DNA of 64,000 nt from NCBI GenBank assembly GCA_964499705.1, contig CAZCME010000024.1, positions 1-64,000 of the forward strand, read 5' to 3'. The notes under the pieces were generated by a model. That model made no database searches, was not told the origin of the DNA, and was given only the letters and a program-made list of their open reading frames with translations. Below, one piece after another: positions 19,234-28,252 of this stretch (position 1 is the first letter of the stretch; every line of letters begins with the position of its first letter). Position numbers and translations under genes: made by a program. Source of the stretch: an uncultured bacterium. GTDB lineage: Bacteria; UBA8481.

Positions 19234-20241
19234 TCAGCCCCGGAACTCATCCTTCAAAGCCCGCGCCATCAGTCCCTCCAGCTCCCGCCTCGGATCCGCT
19301 CCCTCGAAGAGAACGCGCACGACGGCGGACGTGATGGGCGTTTCGATTCCCACCGACTTCGCCCATCGATCGACGATGCGCGATGTCTCCACACCCTCGG
19401 CCACCATCCCCAGCTCCGCGAGGATCTCCTCGATCTTCCTCCCGCGCGCCAGCTCGCAGCCGACGCGGACATTCCTGGAATGAGCACTCACGCACGTCGT
19501 GATGAGATCTCCGATCCCCGACAATCCCGCGAACGTCTTCTCGTCCGCGCCCGCCGCCACGCCGAATCGCGTGATCTCCGCGACGCCGCGCGTGATGAGC
19601 GCGCCGAGCGCGTTGTCGCCGGCTCCCAGTCCCTTCGCGATTCCGGCCGCGATGGCGATGGGATTTTTCAGCGTGCCGCCGAGCTCGACGCCGACGAGGT
19701 CATCGGAAGTGTAGAGGCGGAGCGTCCTCGTGGAGAGAACATCCCGGAGCAATCCGCGGGAGGCGCCGGCGACGACGAGCGTCGTCGGGAGCCCGCGCCC
19801 CACTTCTTCCGCGTGGCTCGGGCCGGAGATCGTCGCCACGCGGTCCGCGCCGGTGTCTCCCAGTTCCGAGGCCATGACCTGCGTCATGCGATACGGCTTT
19901 CCCTCCCGGAATTCCAGGCCTTTGGCGGCGGAGATGACGACGGCGTTTCGCGCGATGAATGGAGCGAGCGTACGAATCGTCCCGCGCATGTGCTTCGACG
20001 GCACCGCGCATACAACCGCGGACGCGTTGTCGAGCGCCGCTCCCGGATCCGACTCGATGCGGAGATCATCCGGAATGCCGACACCGGGAAGGAGCCTGCG
20101 ATTTTCGCGCGCGGAGCGCAATTCCGCGGCGCGTTCCGGAGTGCGCGCCCAGAGCATCACGTTCTTCTCCGCGCGATGCCATGCGATCGCCAGGGCCGTT
20201 CCCCAGCCGCCCGTTCCGAGAATCACGATCTTCTCGTTCAC
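19234..20241 (-). CDS. gpsA: NAD(P)H-dependent glycerol-3-phosphate dehydrogenase
   Basis: GTGGWGTALA, SGPSHAEEV, GVELGGTLKN, GLSGIGDLITTC, SRN. Confidence 0.96.
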   Translation of the reverse strand: MNEKIVILGTGGWGTALAIAWHRAEKNVMLWARTPERAAELRSARENRRLLPGVGIPDDLRIESDPGAALDNASAVVCAVPSKHMRGTIRTLAPFIARNAVVISAAKGLEFREGKPYRMTQVMASELGDTGADRVATISGPSHAEEVGRGLPTTLVVAGASRGLLRDVLSTRTLRLYTSDDLVGVELGGTLKNPIAIAAGIAKGLGAGDNALGALITRGVAEITRFGVAAGADEKTFAGLSGIGDLITTCVSAHSRNVRVGCELARGRKIEEILAELGMVAEGVETSRIVDRWAKSVGIETPITSAVVRVLFEGADPRRELEGLMARALKDEFRG

Positions 20242-20912
20242 CGTTTTTCCTCCGCAAGGACGGGCGCGCTCTCGGCGGTAATGCCAGGCTCCCGATTCGG
20301 ACTCGAACTCTCCCATCCGTTCCAGATGCGCGCTTCCGTTCCGTTATACAGCCGGGAAAGATTACCGCGATGTTTGTATACGACAAGCGTTCCGAGGAGA
20401 ATGGAAAGCCAGGCGACCGGACGGGATGCGGTGGACCATGCGACATAGGGGAGAATGACGGCGCCGGCGACGGAGCCCGCGGAAACGGTTCGGGTGGCCA
20501 GGGGCCCGACCACGAGGAACGTCGTGAAGGCATAGAGGAACGGGACCGGCGCGATCGCCAGGAAGGCGCCCGCCGCGGTGGCGACGCCCTTGCCGCCGGA
20601 TCCCTTCAGCCAGATCGGGAAGACATGACCGACGATCGCGCAGGTGCCCGAAAGCATCGCGGCGGTTTCGCCTCCGAACCGAAAAGCCAGCGCGGCGGGG
20701 ACATAGCCCTTCGCGATATCCAGGACGAAGCAGAGGAACCCCAGCCGCGCTCCGCCCACGCGCCACATGTTCGTCGCGCCGACGTTTCCGGAGCCGTGTT
20801 CGCGAATATCGAGCCCCAGCTTTTTCCGCGCGATCACGTAGGCGAAGGGAATGCTTCCCGACAGGTATCCTCCGACGGCGGCTCCGAGGTGCGTCAGGAT
20901 CGAACCGATCAC
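20238..20912 (-). CDS. plsY: Glycerol-3-phosphate acyltransferase
   Basis: GYLSGSIP, GSGNVGATN, LDIAKG, GGKGVAT, HRGNLSRL..GTE. Confidence 0.95.
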   Translation of the reverse strand: MIGSILTHLGAAVGGYLSGSIPFAYVIARKKLGLDIREHGSGNVGATNMWRVGGARLGFLCFVLDIAKGYVPAALAFRFGGETAAMLSGTCAIVGHVFPIWLKGSGGKGVATAAGAFLAIAPVPFLYAFTTFLVVGPLATRTVSAGSVAGAVILPYVAWSTASRPVAWLSILLGTLVVYKHRGNLSRLYNGTEARIWNGWESSSPNREPGITAESAPVLAEEKR

Positions 20913-22189
20913 CTGCGGAATTCCAGGAGAATCGGAACGCCCTCGAATCCTCCGCACTTGCGGATCGAATTCCGGATGAATCCCATGATCGCGTGGGACG
21001 GCCGGCCCGAACCGAAGATGAGAAACGAGGGCGGGAGGATCGAGCGCTGGATGCCGTACTTGATCCGGAGGCCTCCAGGAGCCCTCTGGGCGACATCCGC
21101 GAGGATCCGGTTCAGATCCGAAGTGCGGATGCGCGTGTGGCCGTGCTTGGCGGTCTCCAGCGCCATGTCGAGGAGCCGCGCGATGCGGAGATGCTTCAGG
21201 GCGGAGATGGATATGATCGGGACGTGCGCCTCGGATTTCAACCGGCGCCGGATCTCCAGAACGGTCCGGTCGAACTCCTTGCCGGGATCTCCCGTCGACG
21301 GCGCGATATCCCACTTGTTGATCGCGAGGACGCAGGCCTTCCCGAGCGCCATGACACCCGCCACGATCTTCACATCCTGGTCGGTCACTCCATCTACGGC
21401 GTCCGTCATGACGACCACCACGTCGGATCGCTCCACCGCCTGCCGCGTCCTCCCGACCATGATGTTCTCCAGGAGCGAAAACGTCGAACGCTTCTTCCGA
21501 ATCCCCGCCGTGTCGACGATCGCCACCCGGCCCTGGGGCCGCTGGATCGCTTCCTCCACGGCATCGCGCGTCGTGCCGGGGATCTCGGAAACGATGGAGC
21601 GTTGCGTCTTCAGGATGGCGTTCAGGAGCGAAGACTTGCCTACATTCGGGCGGCCTACGATCGAGATCCGCGTCACGAACGGTTCCTCCTCGTCTTCCTC
21701 CCCGGCGGGTCCGCAGAGCGCGAGCGCTTTCTCGATCAGTTCGCTCACGCCCCGACCGTGTTCCGCGGAGACGCCGACAACCTCCCCGAGCCCCAGCGCG
21801 GAAAATTCCGCGGCTCCCGATTCCGCGCCGGGATGATCCGCCTTGTTCGCGGCCACCATGATCGGTTTCCGGCCGCGCAGCTTGCCGGCGACCAGCTTGT
21901 CGAGCGGCACGATGCCGTCGCGGATATCGACGACCAGAACCACGGCATCGGCGGACGCGATGGCGACTTCAGCCTGGAGCTCGATCATCGCCGCGAAATC
22001 GTCCGACAGACCAATGCCGCCCGTATCGATCCAGCGGATCCGCTCGTCGCCGTACTTCGCGATCTCCTCCACCCGGTCGCGCGTGATGCCGGCCTGGTCG
22101 TCCACGATGGAACGGCGATGGCCGACGATCCGGTTGAAGAGCCGCGACTTGCCTACGTTGGGACGCCCGACGATCGCGATCGTTCTCAT
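20909..22189 (-). CDS. der: Ribosome biogenesis GTPase Der/EngA
   Basis: Two GRPNVGKS P-loops, DTGG/DTAG, NKAD/NKWD. Confidence 0.96.
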   Translation of the reverse strand: MRTIAIVGRPNVGKSRLFNRIVGHRRSIVDDQAGITRDRVEEIAKYGDERIRWIDTGGIGLSDDFAAMIELQAEVAIASADAVVLVVDIRDGIVPLDKLVAGKLRGRKPIMVAANKADHPGAESGAAEFSALGLGEVVGVSAEHGRGVSELIEKALALCGPAGEEDEEEPFVTRISIVGRPNVGKSSLLNAILKTQRSIVSEIPGTTRDAVEEAIQRPQGRVAIVDTAGIRKKRSTFSLLENIMVGRTRQAVERSDVVVVMTDAVDGVTDQDVKIVAGVMALGKACVLAINKWDIAPSTGDPGKEFDRTVLEIRRRLKSEAHVPIISISALKHLRIARLLDMALETAKHGHTRIRTSDLNRILADVAQRAPGGLRIKYGIQRSILPPSFLIFGSGRPSHAIMGFIRNSIRKCGGFEGVPILLEFRR

Positions 22190-22719
22190 GAGGCGTTCTC
22201 CTCGCTCCCGGGAGTTCGACCGCTCAACCGGCGGCCCGCGAAAAACTCCTTCAGCATGCGGCTCGAATCTTCCTGCAGCAATCCGAACTCCACGATCGGC
22301 CTGTGATTCAAGCGCGCATGGGGAATGACCGTCAGCACCGATCCGGCGGCGCCCGCCTTCGGATCTTTCGCCGCGATGACGACGCGCGCGATGCGCGCAT
22401 GAACGATGGCGCCCGCGCACATCGCGCACGGTTCGAGCGTCGTGTACAGGACGGCCTCGGTCAACCGGTAGTTCCGCTCCGCCTCGCACGCGGCGCGAAT
22501 GGCGTTCAACTCCGCATGCGCCGTCGGGTCGAACGCGCCGATGGAACGATTCCGTCCTTCGCCCGCGATGCGCCCATTCACGACGACGACGGCGCCGACG
22601 GGCACTTCATCAGCGAGCGCCGACGCGCGCGCCAGTTCGAGCGCTCTCCGCATGCACGCGCAGTCCCCCTCTTCGTCGCGGCTCCGGGCCGCGGAGGTTA
22701 TTCCCGTTGTTTCAATCAC
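22186..22719 (-). CDS. tadA: tRNA adenosine(34) deaminase
   Basis: EVPVGAV, PTAHAE, TLEPCAMCAGA, DPKAGA, LNH; GTG start inferred. Confidence 0.93.
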   Translation of the reverse strand: MIETTGITSAARSRDEEGDCACMRRALELARASALADEVPVGAVVVVNGRIAGEGRNRSIGAFDPTAHAELNAIRAACEAERNYRLTEAVLYTTLEPCAMCAGAIVHARIARVVIAAKDPKAGAAGSVLTVIPHARLNHRPIVEFGLLQEDSSRMLKEFFAGRRLSGRTPGSEENAS

Positions 22720-22760
22720 CGAAGTATCATATTCTATATTGCGATGGAGAACAGCAGGGC

Positions 22761-23054
22761 ATGACACAAGCGCTTGATCTGAATGGAATCCTCATTTCCG
22801 TGGATGGGGAGAAAATACCCTGCAAGCTCGTGAACATGACGGAAGACAAGCTGGAGATCTACTCCATCGACCCCGTCAACACGGGAGCGCGGCTCCAGCT
22901 CATCATTCCCAATCCCCGCCTGCAGTGCACGCTGATCGTCGATACCGTCGAGGTGTCCGGCGACTCCCATATCCTGATCGCGACTCCCCTGGAGGGAACG
23001 GCCCACATCCGCGCGAAGATCCTTGAACAGAAGGTGCGCGGCCTGATCCGCTGA
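22761..23054 (+). CDS. Small beta-rich protein, PilZ-like pattern without c-di-GMP motifs
   Basis: GGAGA RBS; GEKIPCKLVNMTEDKLEI...VNTGARLQL resembles PilZ strands but lacks RxxxR and DxSxxG. Confidence 0.45.
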   Translation: MTQALDLNGILISVDGEKIPCKLVNMTEDKLEIYSIDPVNTGARLQLIIPNPRLQCTLIVDTVEVSGDSHILIATPLEGTAHIRAKILEQKVRGLIR

Positions 23055-23059
23055 AGCAG

Positions 23060-23108
23060 ATCCGAAATATCGCTGTGCTGGGATTTCGGATTCAGGATTC
23101 AGGATTTC
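23060..23108. repeat. Heptamer tract (GGATTYM)4 with a short inverted partner
   Basis: GGATTTC GGATTCA GGATTCA GGATTTC at 23081-23108; ATCCGAAAT at 23060-23068; between convergent genes. Confidence 0.75.
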
Positions 23109-23114
23109 CGAAGG

Positions 23115-25664
23115 CTATCCCCACTTGATGATTCCGGAATGGAGCGAGTTCGCCAGAAGCCCGTGCCTCGGGAGCACGCGGATGGCGGCTCCGAAGCGGC
23201 CCGTGTCGACGCAGGGCAGCTCCCCTTCGAATATCGTTCCCTTTCCGTGATGCCCGGTGGCGGCAAGCGGAGCCACGGTGTTGCCGATGATCTTTCCTTC
23301 GGCATCGAGCCGGCCGTAGTACGCTTCCACGCTGATCTCGTCAGGCTTGACGCTTCCGAGTTCGAGAACTGTCCTCAAGCCCAGCTTGCCTTTCACCGCG
23401 ACTTCCGAATCGCCGATGGTGGACAGGTCCGCGACGCGGATATCGTTCCACGCCGCGAGCAATTTCCCTTTCCAAGCGGCCAGTTCCTTCGCCTGCGCGT
23501 ACTCGTGCGCCTTCAGCCGCAGCGCGATCTGCGCGGCGTTGTAATAGAACCGGTCCATGTAGTCCTCGACCATCCGGTGCGTGTTGAAGACGGGGCAGAT
23601 GGTCTTCAAGCAGGACTTCATCTTCTCCAGCCAGCCCCGGGGCAGGCCGTCGGCGCCGCGTGTGTAGAAGAGGGGAACAATTTCTTTTTCGAGGAGGCTA
23701 TAGACGGAGTTGCTGTCGACTTCATCCTGGTAGGTTTCATCCTCATATTCGTCGCCGGATCCGATCGCCCAGCCGTTCGTCGGCTGATACGCCTCGCACC
23801 ACCATCCGTCCAGGACGGAGAGATTCAAGGCGCCGTTCGCGGCAGCTTTCATGCCGCTCGTTCCGCACGCTTCCAGAGGTCTCCGCGGATTGTTGAGCCA
23901 GATGTCGACGCCCTGCACGAGATACCTCGCGACATGGATGTCGTAATCCTCGATGAAGACGATCCTCTGGCGGAACTCGGGCATGCGTTCGAGCTGGATG
24001 ATGCGCTTGATGAACTCCTTGCCCTGGTTGTCCGCGGGATGCGCCTTGCCGGCGAAGATCACCTGGACGGGGAAGTCCGTGGAATTCAAGATCTTGTTGA
24101 CACGCTCGAGATCCCGGAACAGCAGGACGCCGCGCTTGTACGTCGCGAACCTCCGGGCGAATCCGATCGTCAGGGCGCGCGGATTCAGGATGCCTCGCGC
24201 GAGATCGATCTCCGTTCGCGGAGCGCCCGTGCGCTGCAGCTGGGCGACCAGCCGGTTCCGGGCGAAAGCGACGAGTCGCTCGCGGCGGCGCTCGTGCGTC
24301 CGCCACAGCTCGGTGTCGGGAATATGAAGGGCCCGCTCCCAGACTTTTTCGTTGTCCGGATCCTCGCTCCAGCGCGGCCCGAGATACCGGTTGTAGAGCC
24401 CGGCCATTTCCATGGAGATCCAGCTCGGGATGTGCACTCCGTTCGTCAGTCCGCTGATCGGGATGTCGTCGACGGAGAGCTCCGGCCAGACGCTCGTCCA
24501 CATCGCGCGCGAGACATGCGAATGCAGCTCGGAGACGCCGTTGCACCACGCGGCGAAGCGGAGCGCGAGGATCGTCATGCAGAAAGGTTCTTCGCGATTG
24601 GAGGAATTGGATCTCCCGAGTCCCAGCAGGTGCGTGAAGGGAATGCCGATTTCATCCGCGAAGCCGGAAAAATATTTCTGCATCAGCTCGTTGGAGAACG
24701 TGTCGTTGCCCGCGGGAACGGGAGTGTGCGTCGTGAAGACGCTCGATGCCGTGACGAATTCCGTCGCCGCCTCGAAGGTCAGGTTCCGGTCCTTCATGAG
24801 CTTTCGGATCCGCTCGAAGACCGCGAAGGCGCTGTGCCCCTCGTTCATGTGAAATACGGCCGGACGCAGCCCCAGGCGGCCCAGCGCGCGGACTCCGCCG
24901 ATGCCCAGGACGATCTCCTGGCGGATCCGCATCTGGCGGTCCCCGCCGTACAGCTTGCCCGTGATCTCGCGGTCCTCCTGCGAGTTCTCCGGGCAGTTCG
25001 TATCGAGCAGATAGAGCGGAACGCGGCCGACCTGGATCTTCCAGATGTTGACGAGCACATTGCGGTTTTCGAGCGTGACGTGGACTCCGATCGGTTGCCC
25101 CTTCTCGTCCCGACATTGCTCGATGGGCATCGTGTGAAAATCGTTGTCAGGATAGCGTTCCTGCTGCCAGCCGTCCGGCGAGAGATACTGCCGGAAATAG
25201 CCTTCCTTATACAGGAGCCCCACGGCGATGAGCGGAACGCGAATGTCGGAAGCGGACTTCAGGTGGTCGCCGGAGAGAATGCCGAGGCCGCCCGAGTAGA
25301 GCGGGAGGCATTCCGTCAGACCATACTCGGCGGAAAAGTAGGCGACCTTGAAATCGGCCGGTTTCTCCAGGTGATAGGAGTATCCCGCCGTGTTGCTCAT
25401 GTACCGATCGAACTGCCGGTAGACCCGGTCCATCAGGTCGAGAAATCCTTCGTCCGCCAGGAGTTCTTCCACGCGCTCCTGGGAGAGAAGCCCGAGCATC
25501 TTGACGGGATTGTGGCCGGTCGAATCCCACAGGTCCCGGCTCATCTGCTGAAAGAGGGAAAGCGCCTCCGGATTCCAGGAAAACCAGACATTCTGCGCGA
25601 GCTTTTCAAGAGGCTTCAGGCGGTCGGGCAGCATCGGCTTGACCGTAAATGGAAGAATTCTCAT
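23115..25664 (-). CDS. glgP: Alpha-glucan (glycogen/starch) phosphorylase
   Basis: AYFSAEYG, YSGGLGILSGDHLKSASD, HMNEGH, GFARRFATYKR, EACGTSGMK PLP motif. Confidence 0.96.
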   Translation of the reverse strand: MRILPFTVKPMLPDRLKPLEKLAQNVWFSWNPEALSLFQQMSRDLWDSTGHNPVKMLGLLSQERVEELLADEGFLDLMDRVYRQFDRYMSNTAGYSYHLEKPADFKVAYFSAEYGLTECLPLYSGGLGILSGDHLKSASDIRVPLIAVGLLYKEGYFRQYLSPDGWQQERYPDNDFHTMPIEQCRDEKGQPIGVHVTLENRNVLVNIWKIQVGRVPLYLLDTNCPENSQEDREITGKLYGGDRQMRIRQEIVLGIGGVRALGRLGLRPAVFHMNEGHSAFAVFERIRKLMKDRNLTFEAATEFVTASSVFTTHTPVPAGNDTFSNELMQKYFSGFADEIGIPFTHLLGLGRSNSSNREEPFCMTILALRFAAWCNGVSELHSHVSRAMWTSVWPELSVDDIPISGLTNGVHIPSWISMEMAGLYNRYLGPRWSEDPDNEKVWERALHIPDTELWRTHERRRERLVAFARNRLVAQLQRTGAPRTEIDLARGILNPRALTIGFARRFATYKRGVLLFRDLERVNKILNSTDFPVQVIFAGKAHPADNQGKEFIKRIIQLERMPEFRQRIVFIEDYDIHVARYLVQGVDIWLNNPRRPLEACGTSGMKAAANGALNLSVLDGWWCEAYQPTNGWAIGSGDEYEDETYQDEVDSNSVYSLLEKEIVPLFYTRGADGLPRGWLEKMKSCLKTICPVFNTHRMVEDYMDRFYYNAAQIALRLKAHEYAQAKELAAWKGKLLAAWNDIRVADLSTIGDSEVAVKGKLGLRTVLELGSVKPDEISVEAYYGRLDAEGKIIGNTVAPLAATGHHGKGTIFEGELPCVDTGRFGAAIRVLPRHGLLANSLHSGIIKWG

Positions 25665-25765
25665 CGTCGTCTCACTCTCTCATTATGCAAGGGATAGATC
25701 CGGTTAAAGCGTTCCGAGTCCGTGGAGTCATAATATGAAAGCGCACCGCAAGCAAGAAAAAAGAA

Positions 25766-25890
25766 GGGGGACATTCTCCCACATTCCAACATTGGCATCG
25801 CAAGAGTTACAAGTTTTACTAAATGGAGTGAACGCGCATGGGTCACCAACTCCATTATTCTGAATGTTGGAATGTTGGAGAATGTCCCCC
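25766..25890. repeat. 125-bp element bounded by a 28-bp inverted repeat (MITE/REP-like)
   Basis: GGGGGACATTCTCCCACATTCCAACATT (25766-25793) vs 25863-25890, one mismatch; inner AATGGAGT/ACTCCATT pair. Confidence 0.8.
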
Positions 25891-25902
25891 TAATATCCGA
25901 GG

Positions 25903-27360
25903 ATGCAGCGTCTTCCTCATCAGGGCCGTCTCTTTCTTTCGCTATGGCTCGTCCTCGTCTTCTTCGGAGATCCGCTGCTGGAGATCAACACGGTCCGCTA
26001 CCTCTTTCTCTCCCGCGCGGTGGCGGAAGACAGGTCCTTCATGGTTGACCGCTTCGCGCACTCTTCGAAAGGCGATCTCGCGGTTTCCGACGGGCATTAT
26101 TATTCCGGCTCATTGCCGGGAATCGGGTTGATGCTCTCGCCGGTCGCGGCCCTGGCGCATGGCTCCCGGGATACCGCTCCCTTCCGGCCCAATCTCTGGC
26201 TTCAGATCCTCTCGCTCATCCTCTTCAACGCGCCCGCGGCCGCGCTTTCGGCCGTCCTCCTCGGACAGGTTCTCGTCGCCTTCGGAAATACCCCGTCACG
26301 ATCCTTCCTGCTGGCCGTCACGGCCGTATTGGGAACCCACCTTTTCTTCTTCACATCGAAGCTGTCGGATTACCCGATCGTGACGCTCCTGGAACTCATC
26401 ATCATCCGCGCCGTGATGAGCGCGCGGGTCCTCGAAAGGAAATCGCTTCTTCTTCTCATCGGAGGCTCCCTCGGCATCATCGCCACCGTCAATAATCTCC
26501 CTGCGGCTCTCATGGTGCTTCTGCTGCTGTTCATGTTCCCGCTCCGGCCCGGCACGGAATTCATCCGCCGCTGGTTTTTCATTATTCTCGGAGCAGCCCC
26601 CTGCGTGATCGCGCGGTCGCTCTATCTGAAGCAATGCTTCGGGTCCGCGCTCATCGATCCGCTGGCCTACTCCGCCGCGAAAATATCCGTCGTCGACATG
26701 GCGCGCGAGGGATCCGTTCTGGCGCGGATCATCGCGGAAGCTCCGCGCGCGCTCTTCGACATCACGTTCGGACCGGTCGGGCTCTTCCTCTTCGCTCCCG
26801 TCTTCCTGCTTCTCCTGCTGCCGATCATCGATCGTTCGCAAGGCCAGAGCGCGCTCCACGTCAGCTGGCGCAAGTGCATTCTCCTCCTCGCGCTTCTCAA
26901 TGCGCTCGCGCATTGCCTCCTCATCGGAGGCATCTGGCGGGGCGGCGCTTCATGGGGACCGCGCTACATGCTCTACAGTTCCACGCTCCTCTTCATTCCC
27001 ATGGCGTATTTCGCCCGCGGCATCCGCGACCGATCGCTCGCCCTCCTCGCGGCCGTCTCGGTCTTCATCAATTGGATCGGAGTCCAGTACGGATATAACG
27101 ACAGCCTGTTGGACGAGCTGGGACTTTTTCTCCTCGGCGGTCCCACGACTCCGGCCTTCAAGCTCATGTGGCTCCACTGGGCCATCGTACCTTCGCCGGA
27201 ACGGATCGCGCTCGTGATGGAGGAGACTCCGCGCATCGGGCACTATTACGCCTTCACGCATCCGACTCCGGTGGTCCTGTATGCGACTCTCGCATTGCTG
27301 CTGATCCTCGTCTGGCTGCCGATCTGTTCGCGATTTCTCAGACGCGACCGCCCGCTGTAA
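25903..27360 (+). CDS. Polytopic membrane protein, probable GT-C fold glycosyltransferase
   Basis: About 11-12 hydrophobic segments; loop DLAVSDGHYYSGSLPG; late WRGGASWGPRY motif. Confidence 0.6.
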   Translation: MQRLPHQGRLFLSLWLVLVFFGDPLLEINTVRYLFLSRAVAEDRSFMVDRFAHSSKGDLAVSDGHYYSGSLPGIGLMLSPVAALAHGSRDTAPFRPNLWLQILSLILFNAPAAALSAVLLGQVLVAFGNTPSRSFLLAVTAVLGTHLFFFTSKLSDYPIVTLLELIIIRAVMSARVLERKSLLLLIGGSLGIIATVNNLPAALMVLLLLFMFPLRPGTEFIRRWFFIILGAAPCVIARSLYLKQCFGSALIDPLAYSAAKISVVDMAREGSVLARIIAEAPRALFDITFGPVGLFLFAPVFLLLLLPIIDRSQGQSALHVSWRKCILLLALLNALAHCLLIGGIWRGGASWGPRYMLYSSTLLFIPMAYFARGIRDRSLALLAAVSVFINWIGVQYGYNDSLLDELGLFLLGGPTTPAFKLMWLHWAIVPSPERIALVMEETPRIGHYYAFTHPTPVVLYATLALLLILVWLPICSRFLRRDRPL

Positions 27361-27448
27361 GGCCCACCACTTTTCCACAGCTTATCCATCCGCACGTTTC
27401 TCGGGTTGACCTGGACCCCACTCCGCATTTACGGTCAACGTTCCTAGG

Positions 27449-28216
27449 ATGCGTAGGATCACCCAGCATAAGCGCATCTGGATCGGTACCAGTCGGAATG
27501 GGTCCCGGCGTTCCACGACGAGCCATCGTCGCAGGCGCTCGGGTTATCCGGATTGGTCGCTCTGGATCGTTCTCATTGGAGCAGGGCTCCTGGCAACTCC
27601 CCTGCTCGGATCGGCCGTCGCGTCGTCGTTTCCCCAGGTGGGTCCATCCCCTCTGACGGTGCGAGATGCCTTCGCCGCGGTCACACCTCTTCCCTTCCAG
27701 CTCGACGCCATCGAATCCCGCGAAATGCTCACCAACGAGGACCTCGAAGAAGCCGTCGCCCCCGATGATTCCGAGGAACCCGTGACACCCCGTCGCACGA
27801 CCTATCATCTCTCGGATGACCGCGCGCCCGCTCCGCTTCTCAACGAAGCTCCCCCGGGATGGCGCACGCACGTCCTCTATAACGCCTACACGAAGCTCGG
27901 CACGGCCTATCGATGGGGCGGAGAAGAACCCGGCGGATTCGATTGCTCGGGATTCGTCAAGTATGTGATGGAAGCCAGCGGCATCTTCCTGCCGCGCACG
28001 GCGAGGGAGATGCAGGCGTCGACGCTTCCGATCGACTACAACGAGCTGAAGCCGGGAGATCTCGTCTTCTTCCGCAATCCGGATCACGTCGGCATCTACG
28101 CGGGAAGCGGCCAGTTTGTGCACGCATCGAGCGGACAGAAGCGCGTCACAATCTCCTCGCTCGATGGAAATTTCTACCGTCGGCGCTATACCGGCGGCGG
28201 CCGCGTCGCGGAGTAA
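27449..28216 (+). CDS. NlpC/P60 (C40) peptidoglycan peptidase with N-terminal TM anchor
   Basis: LGTAYRWGG...GFDCSGFV, LPRTA, PGDLVFF, HVGIY, FVHAS. Confidence 0.9.
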   Translation: MRRITQHKRIWIGTSRNGSRRSTTSHRRRRSGYPDWSLWIVLIGAGLLATPLLGSAVASSFPQVGPSPLTVRDAFAAVTPLPFQLDAIESREMLTNEDLEEAVAPDDSEEPVTPRRTTYHLSDDRAPAPLLNEAPPGWRTHVLYNAYTKLGTAYRWGGEEPGGFDCSGFVKYVMEASGIFLPRTAREMQASTLPIDYNELKPGDLVFFRNPDHVGIYAGSGQFVHASSGQKRVTISSLDGNFYRRRYTGGGRVAE

Positions 28217-28252
28217 TCTCCCGGGAAATTCTTCGGGGGATTCCAGAAACAG

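Noticed and set aside
23139-25697. Long antisense ORFs (also 47160-49043, 49076-50932, 19959-21836, 8748-10499)
   Set aside because: Shadow frames of well-supported high-GC genes with no motifs
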